Positions 56,140 through 64,000 of a DNA stretch of 64,000 nucleotides are shown here, one piece after another (the stretch's first letter is position 1; every line of letters starts with the position of its first letter). The notes under the pieces are model-generated. The model ran no database searches and was not told where the DNA came from. It saw only the letters and a list, made by a program, of their open reading frames with translations. Position numbers and translations under genes: made by a program. This stretch comes from an uncultured delta proteobacterium (GTDB lineage: Bacteria; Desulfobacterota; Zymogenia; Zymogenales; Zymogenaceae), in the NCBI GenBank assembly GCA_963809875.1, contig CAWELC010000012.1:16479-80478 (forward strand), read 5' to 3'.

Positions 56140-56889
56140 TTATCTCTTCAGATAAATGAAGAACTCCCTGTTTCCTTTGGGGCCGGTCAGTGGCGACTCG
56201 GCCGTTCCCGACACGGCAAAGCCGATTTCCCGGGCGACGGCCGCGATCCGCTCCACGACCTCGCGGTGCTTATCGGGGTCTCTGACCACGCCCCCCTTTC
56301 CCACGTCGCCCCTGCCCACCTCGAATTGGGGCTTGATCAGGGCGATCACGATCCCCCCCTCCCGCACGATCCCATAGACCACCGGCAGCACCAGGGCCAG
56401 CGAGATGAACGAAACGTCGATGACGGCCCCGTCGATTTGACCGGGGAAATCGGCCGCACCGACGTTCCTGATATTGGTCCGCTCCATGACGACGACCCGC
56501 TCATCGGTCCGGAGCCGCCAGTCGAGCTGGCCGTAGCCGACGTCCAGCGCGTAGACCGACCGCGCCCCCGCTGAAAGGAGGCAGTCGGTGAAACCCCCGG
56601 TGGACGCCCCCACGTCCAGCATGACCAGTCCCCGCACGTCCACACCGAACTCGGCCAGCGCCCCCGCAAGCTTCACCCCCCCCCGGCCGACGTAGGGGCA
56701 GGGGGAAGTGGTGACGGCGACCTCGGCGTCCCGGTCGATCAGTGCGCCCGCCTTGTCGACGCGCGCGCCGTCCACCAGGACCGCGCCCGCAAGGATAACG
56801 GCCCTGGCCTTCTGCCGGGATTCGGCCAGCCCCCGCGCGACGAGCGCGGTATCCAGGCGCTCCTTATCTCTTGAGGTCGGCGCTTTCAT
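56140..56889 (-). CDS. tlyA: TlyA-family rRNA (cytidine-2'-O)-methyltransferase
   Basis: S4-like RLDTALVARGLAESRQKARAVILAGAVLVDG. FtsJ-like MLDVGASTGGFTDCLL. Confidence 0.85.
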   Translation of the reverse strand: MKAPTSRDKERLDTALVARGLAESRQKARAVILAGAVLVDGARVDKAGALIDRDAEVAVTTSPCPYVGRGGVKLAGALAEFGVDVRGLVMLDVGASTGGFTDCLLSAGARSVYALDVGYGQLDWRLRTDERVVVMERTNIRNVGAADFPGQIDGAVIDVSFISLALVLPVVYGIVREGGIVIALIKPQFEVGRGDVGKGGVVRDPDKHREVVERIAAVAREIGFAVSGTAESPLTGPKGNREFFIYLKR

Positions 56890-58780
56890 TCAGATGTGCG
56901 GCCTTACCGGTGACCAGCCCAACGGCGATCTTCGTGATCCCCCGGGCCGACAGGTCATAGGTATCCCTGAGGATTTCCTGGGGGCCGTGCTCAACGAAGC
57001 GGTCGGGAATTCCAATGGACCTGACCATCACGCCGGGTCCGTAGGAGCGCATGATCTCCTCGAGCACGGCGCTGCCGAAACCGCCGGACAGGATCCCCTC
57101 CTCGACGGTCAGCACGGTGCCCGTCCGGGCGGCGTACTTGAGGATGGTTTCGCTGTCGAGCGGCTTGACGAACCGCGCGTTTATGACGGTGGGCTCAATG
57201 CCCATGCTGGTCAGGAGCCCGGACGCCTCAACGGCGGGCCCCACCATCGAGCCGAGTGCGATAATGGTGATGTCGTTGCCTTCGCGTATCACCTCCGCCT
57301 TGCCGAGAGGCAGCGCCGTCGGGTTGGCATCGAGTTTTACCCCAAGGCCCCGTCCCCGCGGGTAGCGGATGGCGGCGGGGCGCCTGGCCGCCACGGCGGT
57401 GACCAGCATCCGGGCAAGCTCGTTCTCGTCCTTGGGCGCCATCAGGATGAGGTTAGGGATGCATCGGAGGTAGGCGATATCGAAGATGCCGTGGTGGGTG
57501 GGGCCGTCCTCTCCGACGATTCCGCCGCGGTCGATGGCGATGACCACCGGCAGGTTCTGGAGAGACACGTCGTGGAGCACCTGGTCGTAGGCGCGCTGCA
57601 GAAAGGTGGAGTAGATGGCCACGATCGGGACGAACCCCTGGGTTGCCAGCCCCGCGGCGAACGTGATGGCGTGCTGCTCGGCGATCCCCACGTCATAGAA
57701 GCGGTCGGGATACTTGTCGGCGAAGACCGAAAGCCCCGTGCCCTCGGACATGGCGGCGGTAATGGCCACGATCTTGTCGTTTTTTGCGGCCATCTTGAGA
57801 AGTGTCTTGCTGAAGACCTGGGTGTAGGTCGGAATGGTCTGGCCCGAATCGATCGGTTTACCGCTGGCTACGTCAAAAGGCCCGATACCGTGAAACCGGG
57901 TCGGATTTTTCTCGGCCGGCTTATATCCTTTCCCCTTCCTGGTGAGGACGTGGACGATGATGGGCGCGTTGATATCCTTCACGTTATTGAAGGTTTCCAC
58001 CAGCTGGTCGATCCGATGGCCGTCGATGGGGCCGAAGTACTGGAAGTTCATCGACTCGAACAGCATGCCGGGAGTGATAAATCCCTTGATGGCGTCCTCG
58101 GCCCTCTTTGCCACCTTGACCATCTCCTCTCCGATCATGGGGAAAGACCTCAGGAAGATCTCGATCTCCCTCTTCATCCTCACGATGGTCTTGGTGGAGA
58201 GCTTGCGGGACAGGAAGGAGGAGAGGGCGCCGACGTTGGGGTCGATGGACATCTCGTTGTCGTTGAGAACGACGATGATATTCTTCTGGAGGTGTCCCGC
58301 CTGGTTGAGGGCCTCGAACGCCTGGCCGCCGGTCATGGACCCGTCGCCGATGACGGCGATGACCTTACCGCGCTCGCCCAGGAGGCATCTCGCGGTGGAT
58401 ATGCCCAGGGCCGCCGAGATCGAGGTGGAGCTGTGGCCGGTGCCGAAATTGTCATAGCGGTTTTCCTCGATCTTCGGAAAGCCGGAGATCCCTCCGAGCT
58501 TTCTGATCGTCGAGAAGACGTCTTTGCGGCCGGTGAGTATCTTATGGGAATAGGCCTGGTGGCCGACGTCCCAGACGATCTGATCGCACTCGGGGTCAAA
58601 GACAAAATAGAGGGCCAGTGTCAGATCGACGGTGCCGAGGCTCGACGCCAGATGGCCGCCGGTTTTCGAGATCGTGGTAATGATGAGCCGCCTGATCTCT
58701 TCGGCCAGAATCGGGAGCTGGTCGACGGGAATCTTCTTGATGTCCCCGGGGTCGTTGATCTCGTCAAGGAGCCGTGTCAT
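56864..58780 (-). CDS. dxs: 1-deoxy-D-xylulose-5-phosphate synthase
   Basis: GGHLASSLGTVDLTLALY, VWDVGHQAY, GDGSMTGGQAFEALN, 638 aa. Confidence 0.97.
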   Translation of the reverse strand: MTRLLDEINDPGDIKKIPVDQLPILAEEIRRLIITTISKTGGHLASSLGTVDLTLALYFVFDPECDQIVWDVGHQAYSHKILTGRKDVFSTIRKLGGISGFPKIEENRYDNFGTGHSSTSISAALGISTARCLLGERGKVIAVIGDGSMTGGQAFEALNQAGHLQKNIIVVLNDNEMSIDPNVGALSSFLSRKLSTKTIVRMKREIEIFLRSFPMIGEEMVKVAKRAEDAIKGFITPGMLFESMNFQYFGPIDGHRIDQLVETFNNVKDINAPIIVHVLTRKGKGYKPAEKNPTRFHGIGPFDVASGKPIDSGQTIPTYTQVFSKTLLKMAAKNDKIVAITAAMSEGTGLSVFADKYPDRFYDVGIAEQHAITFAAGLATQGFVPIVAIYSTFLQRAYDQVLHDVSLQNLPVVIAIDRGGIVGEDGPTHHGIFDIAYLRCIPNLILMAPKDENELARMLVTAVAARRPAAIRYPRGRGLGVKLDANPTALPLGKAEVIREGNDITIIALGSMVGPAVEASGLLTSMGIEPTVINARFVKPLDSETILKYAARTGTVLTVEEGILSGGFGSAVLEEIMRSYGPGVMVRSIGIPDRFVEHGPQEILRDTYDLSARGITKIAVGLVTGKAAHLNESADLKR

Positions 58781-58785
58781 GGTTT

Positions 58786-59700
58786 CTATGCCTGTCGTTC
58801 AATGACCATTCGTGCGATCGCCTGAAGCGCCCGGGCGTCGTCGAAATCGGAAAGGGACGCCAGGGCCCGGTCGATCAGTTCCCGGGCGCGCTCTTTGGAT
58901 TCGGTAAGGCCCAGGAGGGCGGGGTAGGTCGCTTTCCCCCGGACGTGGTCTTTACCCGTCGACTTTCCCATCTCCTGTCTTGTCCCCGTCACGTCGAGTA
59001 TATCGTCGGTGATCTGGAAGGCAAGGCCGAGGTATTTTGCGTAGTCGGTCAGCGCCTTTATCTGCGGCTCCGTGCCGCCGCCGAGGAGGGCCCCCGTTCT
59101 GACGGATGCGACGATCAATGCACCGGTCTTGCGGACATGGATGAATTCGAGAGACGGCAGATCGATCTCCTTTCCCTCCGATTCAAGATCGCCCATCTGT
59201 CCGCCGACCATCCCCTTGTCGCCCGAGGCCACGGCGATCTCGCGAATGACCCGCAGCAGGGTCGCCCCATCGGCGGAAAACCGGGATGCGTCCGAAAGGA
59301 TCGAGAACGCGGCGGTCAGCAGGCAATCACCTGCCAGGATCGCGGTCGCCTCGCCGAATACCTTGTGACTGGTAGGTACGCCCCGACGGAAGTCATCGTC
59401 GTCCATGGCGGGCAGGTCATCGTGGATCAGGGAATAAGTGTGGATGCATTCGATGGCCGCCCCGGCGGTAACGGCGTCGTCCGTGTTTCCTCCGACGGCC
59501 TCGGCGGCGCAAATCGTAAGGATCGGGCGGATTCGCTTTCCGCCTGCGAAGACGCTGTACTTGACGGCCTCCTTGAGGGTCCCGGAAGCGTCGTCGATCT
59601 CGTTAATGATCCGCGTGAGCGCGCCGTCAATGAGCGTATTCTTTTGAGCCAGGTAATCGGAGAGGTTAAAGATGCTCCCACCTCGTCTTTGCGCCGACAT
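58786..59700 (-). CDS. ispA: Polyprenyl (farnesyl/geranyl) diphosphate synthase
   Basis: GGKRIRP, LIHDDLPAMDDDDFRRG (first Asp-rich motif), FQITDDILD (second Asp-rich motif). Start at 59700 or 59721. Confidence 0.88.
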   Translation of the reverse strand: MSAQRRGGSIFNLSDYLAQKNTLIDGALTRIINEIDDASGTLKEAVKYSVFAGGKRIRPILTICAAEAVGGNTDDAVTAGAAIECIHTYSLIHDDLPAMDDDDFRRGVPTSHKVFGEATAILAGDCLLTAAFSILSDASRFSADGATLLRVIREIAVASGDKGMVGGQMGDLESEGKEIDLPSLEFIHVRKTGALIVASVRTGALLGGGTEPQIKALTDYAKYLGLAFQITDDILDVTGTRQEMGKSTGKDHVRGKATYPALLGLTESKERARELIDRALASLSDFDDARALQAIARMVIERQA

Positions 59701-59772
59701 GGCCGCGGGCCGGCAGGTCATCCCTCCCGCCCGGTTGGAGCGCGGTATACGGTGTATACGGTGCGTTGTGCA

Positions 59773-59997
59773 TTACTTGGGATCGAATTCCTCGATCGTG
59801 ATCGACCCATCCTCGACCTGAGTCAGCGTCTCTATCTTCTTTTCGGCCTCGTCCAGTTTCTTGGCCAGGAGGCGCACCAGCTCTATGCCCTCCTCGAATA
59901 CCTTGAGGGAATCCTCCAGGGAGAGGTCCCCGGCGTCCAGTTTCTGAACAATCCCCTCGAGCTTCTTGAGCCCCGAGTCAAAGTCGATCTCGCTCAT
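59773..59997 (-). CDS. xseB: Exodeoxyribonuclease VII small subunit
   Basis: 74 aa. FDSGLKKLEGIVQKLDAGDLSLEDSLKVFEEGIEL. Confidence 0.9.
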   Translation of the reverse strand: MSEIDFDSGLKKLEGIVQKLDAGDLSLEDSLKVFEEGIELVRLLAKKLDEAEKKIETLTQVEDGSITIEEFDPK

Positions 59998-60083
59998 TGT
60001 CTCCCGATGTCTTCGTGTATGTACGGATTTTTACCTAATTCTTAATGCTATTACTTCCCGTATCTAAAGTCAAGGAAAAGGAA

Positions 60084-60953
60084 TCAGTAGAGTCCCTTGC
60101 CGGCGAGCTCGGCCGGGTTGATCCTGTTATAGTTAAGGCGCGCGCCGAAGTGAAGATGGGCGCCGGTAACTCTGCCGGTAGCGCCGACAAGGGCCACGAT
60201 TTGTCCCCGTTTTACCGATTCTCCTTCGGTGACCAGGATATCGGAGAGGTGAAAATAGATCGTGTAGAGACCCTGGCCGTGATCGATGAATAGGGAGAGC
60301 CCGGAAAGATACCTGTCCGTCGCCAGGGCCACCCGGCCGTCGTTGGCGGCGGCAACCGGTGTCCCCGTGACCGACGAGATATCGATTCCCTCGTGGGAGT
60401 AAGGCGTGTTGTCGTTGACGTAGCGCGTCATCCCGAAAGACGTGGTTATCCCGCCGACCAGCGGCATCATGAAGGGCTGAGACCAGAGCCGGCGGGGGGA
60501 TTCGGTGGCGTACAGCGCGGTGGAGATTTCGGCCTCGCGCTGGATGCGTGCGAGTGTCGCCTTGTCATACGACACCCACTTGTCGTCCAGAGTCAGGTGC
60601 TGAACCGAGAAGCTCCCCTTGACGACCGTGATGCTTCTTGTCACGGTTTCGGTGGCGCCGTTCATCCTCTTGAGTGTAACCAACAGGCTCTTCACCTCGG
60701 GCGACGAGGCAATGTCGACGCCCAAAAGCCCCGTAAAAGTCCCGGGGACCCCGGTCGGATTAAAGTAGACGCTGCGTCGTGCGAAGAGCCCCCTGGCCGA
60801 GGCGATCGTATCGTCCCCGGAAAGGGTGATGAGGTAGACCTCGCCCTGGATGACCCGGTCGGGGAAGTCGATGTTCACAGTGGAGGCCGCCGCGGGCCAC
60901 ATAAGCGAGATCAACACGGCGGCCGTGACAAGGCCGAATCTAGGATTCTTCAT
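60084..60953 (-). CDS. Secreted M23 family metallopeptidase
   Basis: Signal peptide (GLVTAAVLISLMWPAAAS). HEGIDI, GATGRVTGAHLHFG. Confidence 0.85.
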   Translation of the reverse strand: MKNPRFGLVTAAVLISLMWPAAASTVNIDFPDRVIQGEVYLITLSGDDTIASARGLFARRSVYFNPTGVPGTFTGLLGVDIASSPEVKSLLVTLKRMNGATETVTRSITVVKGSFSVQHLTLDDKWVSYDKATLARIQREAEISTALYATESPRRLWSQPFMMPLVGGITTSFGMTRYVNDNTPYSHEGIDISSVTGTPVAAANDGRVALATDRYLSGLSLFIDHGQGLYTIYFHLSDILVTEGESVKRGQIVALVGATGRVTGAHLHFGARLNYNRINPAELAGKGLY

Positions 60954-62247
60954 CGGGTTCCTTTCTCGAGATGTCGGCAAAAAGCGTCCCCTTATGAAGC
61001 CTGATCCGCGCGGTCCGGCCGACCTCGATATCCGACGCGCTGCGGACGATCACTCCGTCGTCGGCCCGCTCGGTGATGGAGTAGCCGCGGGCCAGCACCG
61101 CCTCCGGCGAGAGCCGGGTCAGGGCGTGGGAGAGGGAAGCCAGGGCCGATCTTCTGCCGGAAACCATTGTCTCCATTGCCGAGCCGAGGCGAGACGACGC
61201 CATAGCAAACCGGAGCCTGAGGCGGTCGATGTCCTGCCTCGGGCTTTTGACCCGCCCGCCGAGGGATCCCAGCCGCTCCCGGTGCCGGGAGATCAGGTGT
61301 CTCATCTGTGCGGTCAGGCGCTGCTCGGTCCCGTCCAGCGTCATCAGGAGATCATCGAGCCTCGGGGTGACAAGCTCGGCGGCGGCGGTGGGGGTGGCGG
61401 CTCTTACGTCGGCGACGAGATCCGCGATGGTGAAGTCGATCTCGTGGCCGACGGCCGAGATCACCGGGATCTTCGAGGCAAACAGGGCATCGGCGACGGC
61501 TTCGGTGTTGAATGCCCAGAGGTCTTCAAGGGAGCCCCCCCCGCGGCCCACGATCATGACATCGGCAAGCCCCATCCGGTTGACCAGATCTACCCCCCGG
61601 GCAATCTCGTGCTCGGCCCCTTCTCCCTGCACCCGGACAGGGACGACCAGGACGCGGCTTTTGGGCATCCTGCCGAAAATCACCTTGAGTATGTCAAAGA
61701 GGGCGGCGCCGGTGCCGGACGTCACCACGGCGATTCTCGCGGGGAGATAGGGGAGCGTCCTCTTGCGTCCGTCGGCAAAGTATCCTTTGGCGGCCAGGCG
61801 CTTCTTGAGCTCTTCGAGGGCCAGCATCATCGCCCCGATGCCGACCGGCTCGATGTGGTCGGCGATCAGCTGGTATTCCCCCCGGGGAGGATATACCCCG
61901 ACGCGCCCCAACACCAGGACGTGCTGACCGTCGGCGGGTCGCCACGGGGGCCGGTCGGAGCGTTGCTCGAGCCCGGGTGGGAGGCTCGTCCCGGCATCGC
62001 CGCCCGCACTCCTTGAACCCGGCGCTCCCGATAGGCCGAGGAGGCGCGCCTGGTTCTTGAAGAGGACCACGCGAATCTGGGCCGCGTCGTCCTTCAGGGT
62101 GAAGTAGAGATGACCCGACGAGGGGGCCGCCAGTCCCGAGATCTCGCCCTGGACCCAGACGAAGGGGAAAGCATCCTCCAGGAGGCCGGCTATCAGGCCC
62201 GTCAGCTCGCCGACGGTCATGATCGTACGGAAATTTATGTCATCCAT
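60940..62247 (-). CDS. xseA: Exodeoxyribonuclease VII large subunit
   Basis: FVWVQGEISG, GHLYFTLKD, RGGGSLEDLWAFN. Confidence 0.92.
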   Translation of the reverse strand: MDDINFRTIMTVGELTGLIAGLLEDAFPFVWVQGEISGLAAPSSGHLYFTLKDDAAQIRVVLFKNQARLLGLSGAPGSRSAGGDAGTSLPPGLEQRSDRPPWRPADGQHVLVLGRVGVYPPRGEYQLIADHIEPVGIGAMMLALEELKKRLAAKGYFADGRKRTLPYLPARIAVVTSGTGAALFDILKVIFGRMPKSRVLVVPVRVQGEGAEHEIARGVDLVNRMGLADVMIVGRGGGSLEDLWAFNTEAVADALFASKIPVISAVGHEIDFTIADLVADVRAATPTAAAELVTPRLDDLLMTLDGTEQRLTAQMRHLISRHRERLGSLGGRVKSPRQDIDRLRLRFAMASSRLGSAMETMVSGRRSALASLSHALTRLSPEAVLARGYSITERADDGVIVRSASDIEVGRTARIRLHKGTLFADISRKEPDEES

Positions 62248-62337
62248 GAATGCGGTCTCCTGTTGACTTATCCGGAGGGGCCGTGTATTCTACTAGTTTA
62301 GTCGAAACCGACAACAACCTCAACAGATTTTTTGCCG

Positions 62338-63342
62338 ATGCTGATATTAGGAATAGATACGTCGTGCGACGATACGTGCGCGGCCGTGCTCCGGGATGAT
62401 TTTGAGGTGCTCAGCTCCATCGTATCGTCTCAGGACGAGGTGCACGGGCTATTCGGCGGCGTGGTGCCGGAGCTGGCGTCCCGAAAGCACGTGGAAAACA
62501 TCATCCCGATCATCGATCACGCGCTGACGTCGGCAGGGGTGACGCTATCGGATATCGATCTGATTGCCGTCACGCGGGGGCCGGGGCTGGTAGGGTCCCT
62601 GGTGGTGGGCGTCTCGGCAGCCAAGGCGCTTTCCCTGGCCCGGGAAATCCCGCTGGTGGGGGTTAACCACCTCGAAGGGCATATCGCGTCGAGCTTTCTC
62701 GGCCCCGAACGTCCCGCGTACCCGTTCGTGGCGCTGGTGGTCTCCGGTGGACACACGAACCTCTATATCGCGCGGCGGGAGCGGGAATATCGCCTGATGG
62801 GGCAGACGATGGACGACGCGGCCGGCGAGGCCTTCGACAAGGCGGCAAAGCTCCTGGGGCTGGGCTATCCGGGCGGACGGGCCATCGAGGCGGCGGCCCA
62901 AAGGGCCGGGGGGGCGCCGGTCGAGTTTACCCGTCCCCATATCAAGAAACGCTCGTACGACTTCTCGTTTTCCGGGATCAAGACGGCGGTGCGCAACGTC
63001 GTGGCCGCCCACGATCTGGACGAGGGTCTCGTCGCGAGGATAGCCGCCGGGTTCCAGGAGGCGGTGGTCGACGTGCTGGTGAAAAAGAGTGTCGAGCTGG
63101 CGCGCAGCGAGTCGATCAACACCATAGTCGTGACGGGGGGAGTTGCGGCTAACTCGCGACTTCGCGAGGTGATGACCCGGCGGGCCTCATCGAGAGGAAT
63201 AAGGGCGCTGCTTCCTCCCAAGCAGCTGTGCACCGACAACGCCGCGATGATCGCGGCCGCAGGCTCGATAAGGGCCGGAGAGGCCGCTCTCGATAACCTA
63301 ACAATGAATGCGGTATCCCGATGGACGATCCAAAACCCGTGA
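62338..63342 (+). CDS. tsaD: tRNA N6-adenosine threonylcarbamoyltransferase TsaD (Kae1/Gcp family)
   Basis: ILGIDTSCDDT, GPGLVGSLVVG, NHLEGH, VSGGHT, GGVAANSRLR. Confidence 0.93.
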   Translation: MLILGIDTSCDDTCAAVLRDDFEVLSSIVSSQDEVHGLFGGVVPELASRKHVENIIPIIDHALTSAGVTLSDIDLIAVTRGPGLVGSLVVGVSAAKALSLAREIPLVGVNHLEGHIASSFLGPERPAYPFVALVVSGGHTNLYIARREREYRLMGQTMDDAAGEAFDKAAKLLGLGYPGGRAIEAAAQRAGGAPVEFTRPHIKKRSYDFSFSGIKTAVRNVVAAHDLDEGLVARIAAGFQEAVVDVLVKKSVELARSESINTIVVTGGVAANSRLREVMTRRASSRGIRALLPPKQLCTDNAAMIAAAGSIRAGEAALDNLTMNAVSRWTIQNP

Positions 63343-63857
63343 CCCTGCAAAAGAAGACGACATTTTCCTCGTTCAGGCGCAGCCTGTACGACGAACTGCC
63401 CCCGAAAGGTACGAGCCTCAAGCAGCGGATTCGTATGGTCATCTTCTCCCACCATTCCCCGCGGGAGATCGCCCTCGGTGCGGCTATCGGGATATTTCTG
63501 GCCTTCTCGCCCTTCATGGGTATGCATACGGTCGCGGCATTGGGGCTCGCGCTGCTCTTCGGGGCAAGCCGCCTTGCCGCGGTGCTGGGAACCCTCTTCA
63601 ACAACCCCGTGACCATGACCTTCCTCTATCTGTTCGAGCTGCGGCTGGGCTCCCGCATACTTGGCTACTCCCTCGCGATGCCGACGGATATCTGGAAAAA
63701 CTTCCTGGAGCTTTTCTCCCTCGGCCGCAAGGTGTTTCTCTCGATCATGACGGGCTTTGTGATCCTTGGATTTGCGTCGGCGATCGTGGCTTATCTCATA
63801 ACCCTCGGGGCCGTTCTCTACATCAAGAGGAGGCGGGCCCGAAGACAGGAATCATGA
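63321..63857 (+). CDS. DUF2062 family membrane protein
   Basis: HSPREIALGAAIGIFLAFSPFMGMHT..LFNNPVTMTFLY. Confidence 0.75.
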   Translation: MDDPKPVTLQKKTTFSSFRRSLYDELPPKGTSLKQRIRMVIFSHHSPREIALGAAIGIFLAFSPFMGMHTVAALGLALLFGASRLAAVLGTLFNNPVTMTFLYLFELRLGSRILGYSLAMPTDIWKNFLELFSLGRKVFLSIMTGFVILGFASAIVAYLITLGAVLYIKRRRARRQES

Positions 63858-64000
63858 CCTCCCTCGGCGATACACTCCGCAAGACGGGGATCTTTCCCTA
63901 CAAGGGGCGCGGGCAGCACTTCCTGGTGAACGCCGGTATTGCCGAGAAGATCGTCTCGCTTGCCGATCTCGGGCCGGACGACGTGGTGGTGGAGATCGGG
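63854..64000 (+). CDS. rsmA: 16S rRNA (adenine1518/1519-N6)-dimethyltransferase RsmA/KsgA, N-terminal part; 3' end outside window
   Basis: ATGA overlap with the upstream stop. KGRGQHFLVN...DDVVVEIG (SAM motif beginning). Confidence 0.8.
   Translation, partial: MTSLGDTLRKTGIFPYKGRGQHFLVNAGIAEKIVSLADLGPDDVVVEIG

Noticed and set aside
56708-58825. Very long antisense ORFs: this 705-aa ORF opposite dxs, plus 29919..31949(-), 7742..8761(-), 8503..9726(-), 15507..17066(-), 55258..56574(+), 58774..60045(+), 60850..62016(+), 50696..51712(-), 43599..44531(+) and 10483..11487(+).
   Set aside because: They are low-complexity R/G/P/D/H-rich translations with no motifs, each lying exactly opposite a well-supported gene. 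These are typical shadow ORFs of GC-rich DNA.

Overview
This is a GC-rich 64-kb chromosomal segment from a diderm bacterium. BamD, LolA-like, CcdA and beta-barrel genes are present. The gene content (hrcA-grpE-dnaK-dnaJ with CIRCE, a cobA-hemD fusion plus a NirJ/Ahb-type radical SAM enzyme, many nitroreductase/Fe-S genes) suggests an anaerobic Desulfobacterota-like lineage, but this is inference only.

Most of the window is ordinary housekeeping:
- heat-shock operon and rpoH
- tetrapyrrole operon (sirC-like, hemA, hemC, cobA-hemD, radical SAM)
- mnmG, dusB, gmhA, hisB, tsaD, rsmA
- xseA/xseB-ispA-dxs-tlyA
- transporters (MFS, two AI-2E) and small redox enzymes

By eye I saw no rRNA, tRNA, CRISPR array, transposase, integrase or recognisable defence system.

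The regions that stand out are:
1. Three tandem, self-contained promoter-leader-gene-terminator cassettes (36.8-43.1 kb). They encode an unrecognised ~590-aa predicted outer-membrane barrel family with an unusual conserved Pro-rich C-terminal tail ending in Lys.
2. A 765-bp intergenic mosaic of nested palindromic repeats with ~50-bp terminal inverted repeats (51,959-52,723). A second copy of the same repeat family sits at 7.4 kb.
3. Two tandem paralogs fusing a zinc ribbon, a Pro-rich linker and a receiver-like domain (5.7-7.4 kb).
4. A perfect CIRCE operator on the rpoH promoter.
5. A CdaZ-like diadenylate cyclase and a degenerate bEBP/Fis-HTH protein downstream of dusB.

Caveat: at least 15 single-base frame disruptions hit 10 otherwise intact genes, several of them normally essential or highly conserved. 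Most are +1. This looks like assembly or sequencing indel error rather than biology, so every 'pseudogene' call here is provisional. Long antisense ORFs in the six-frame track are GC-driven shadows.
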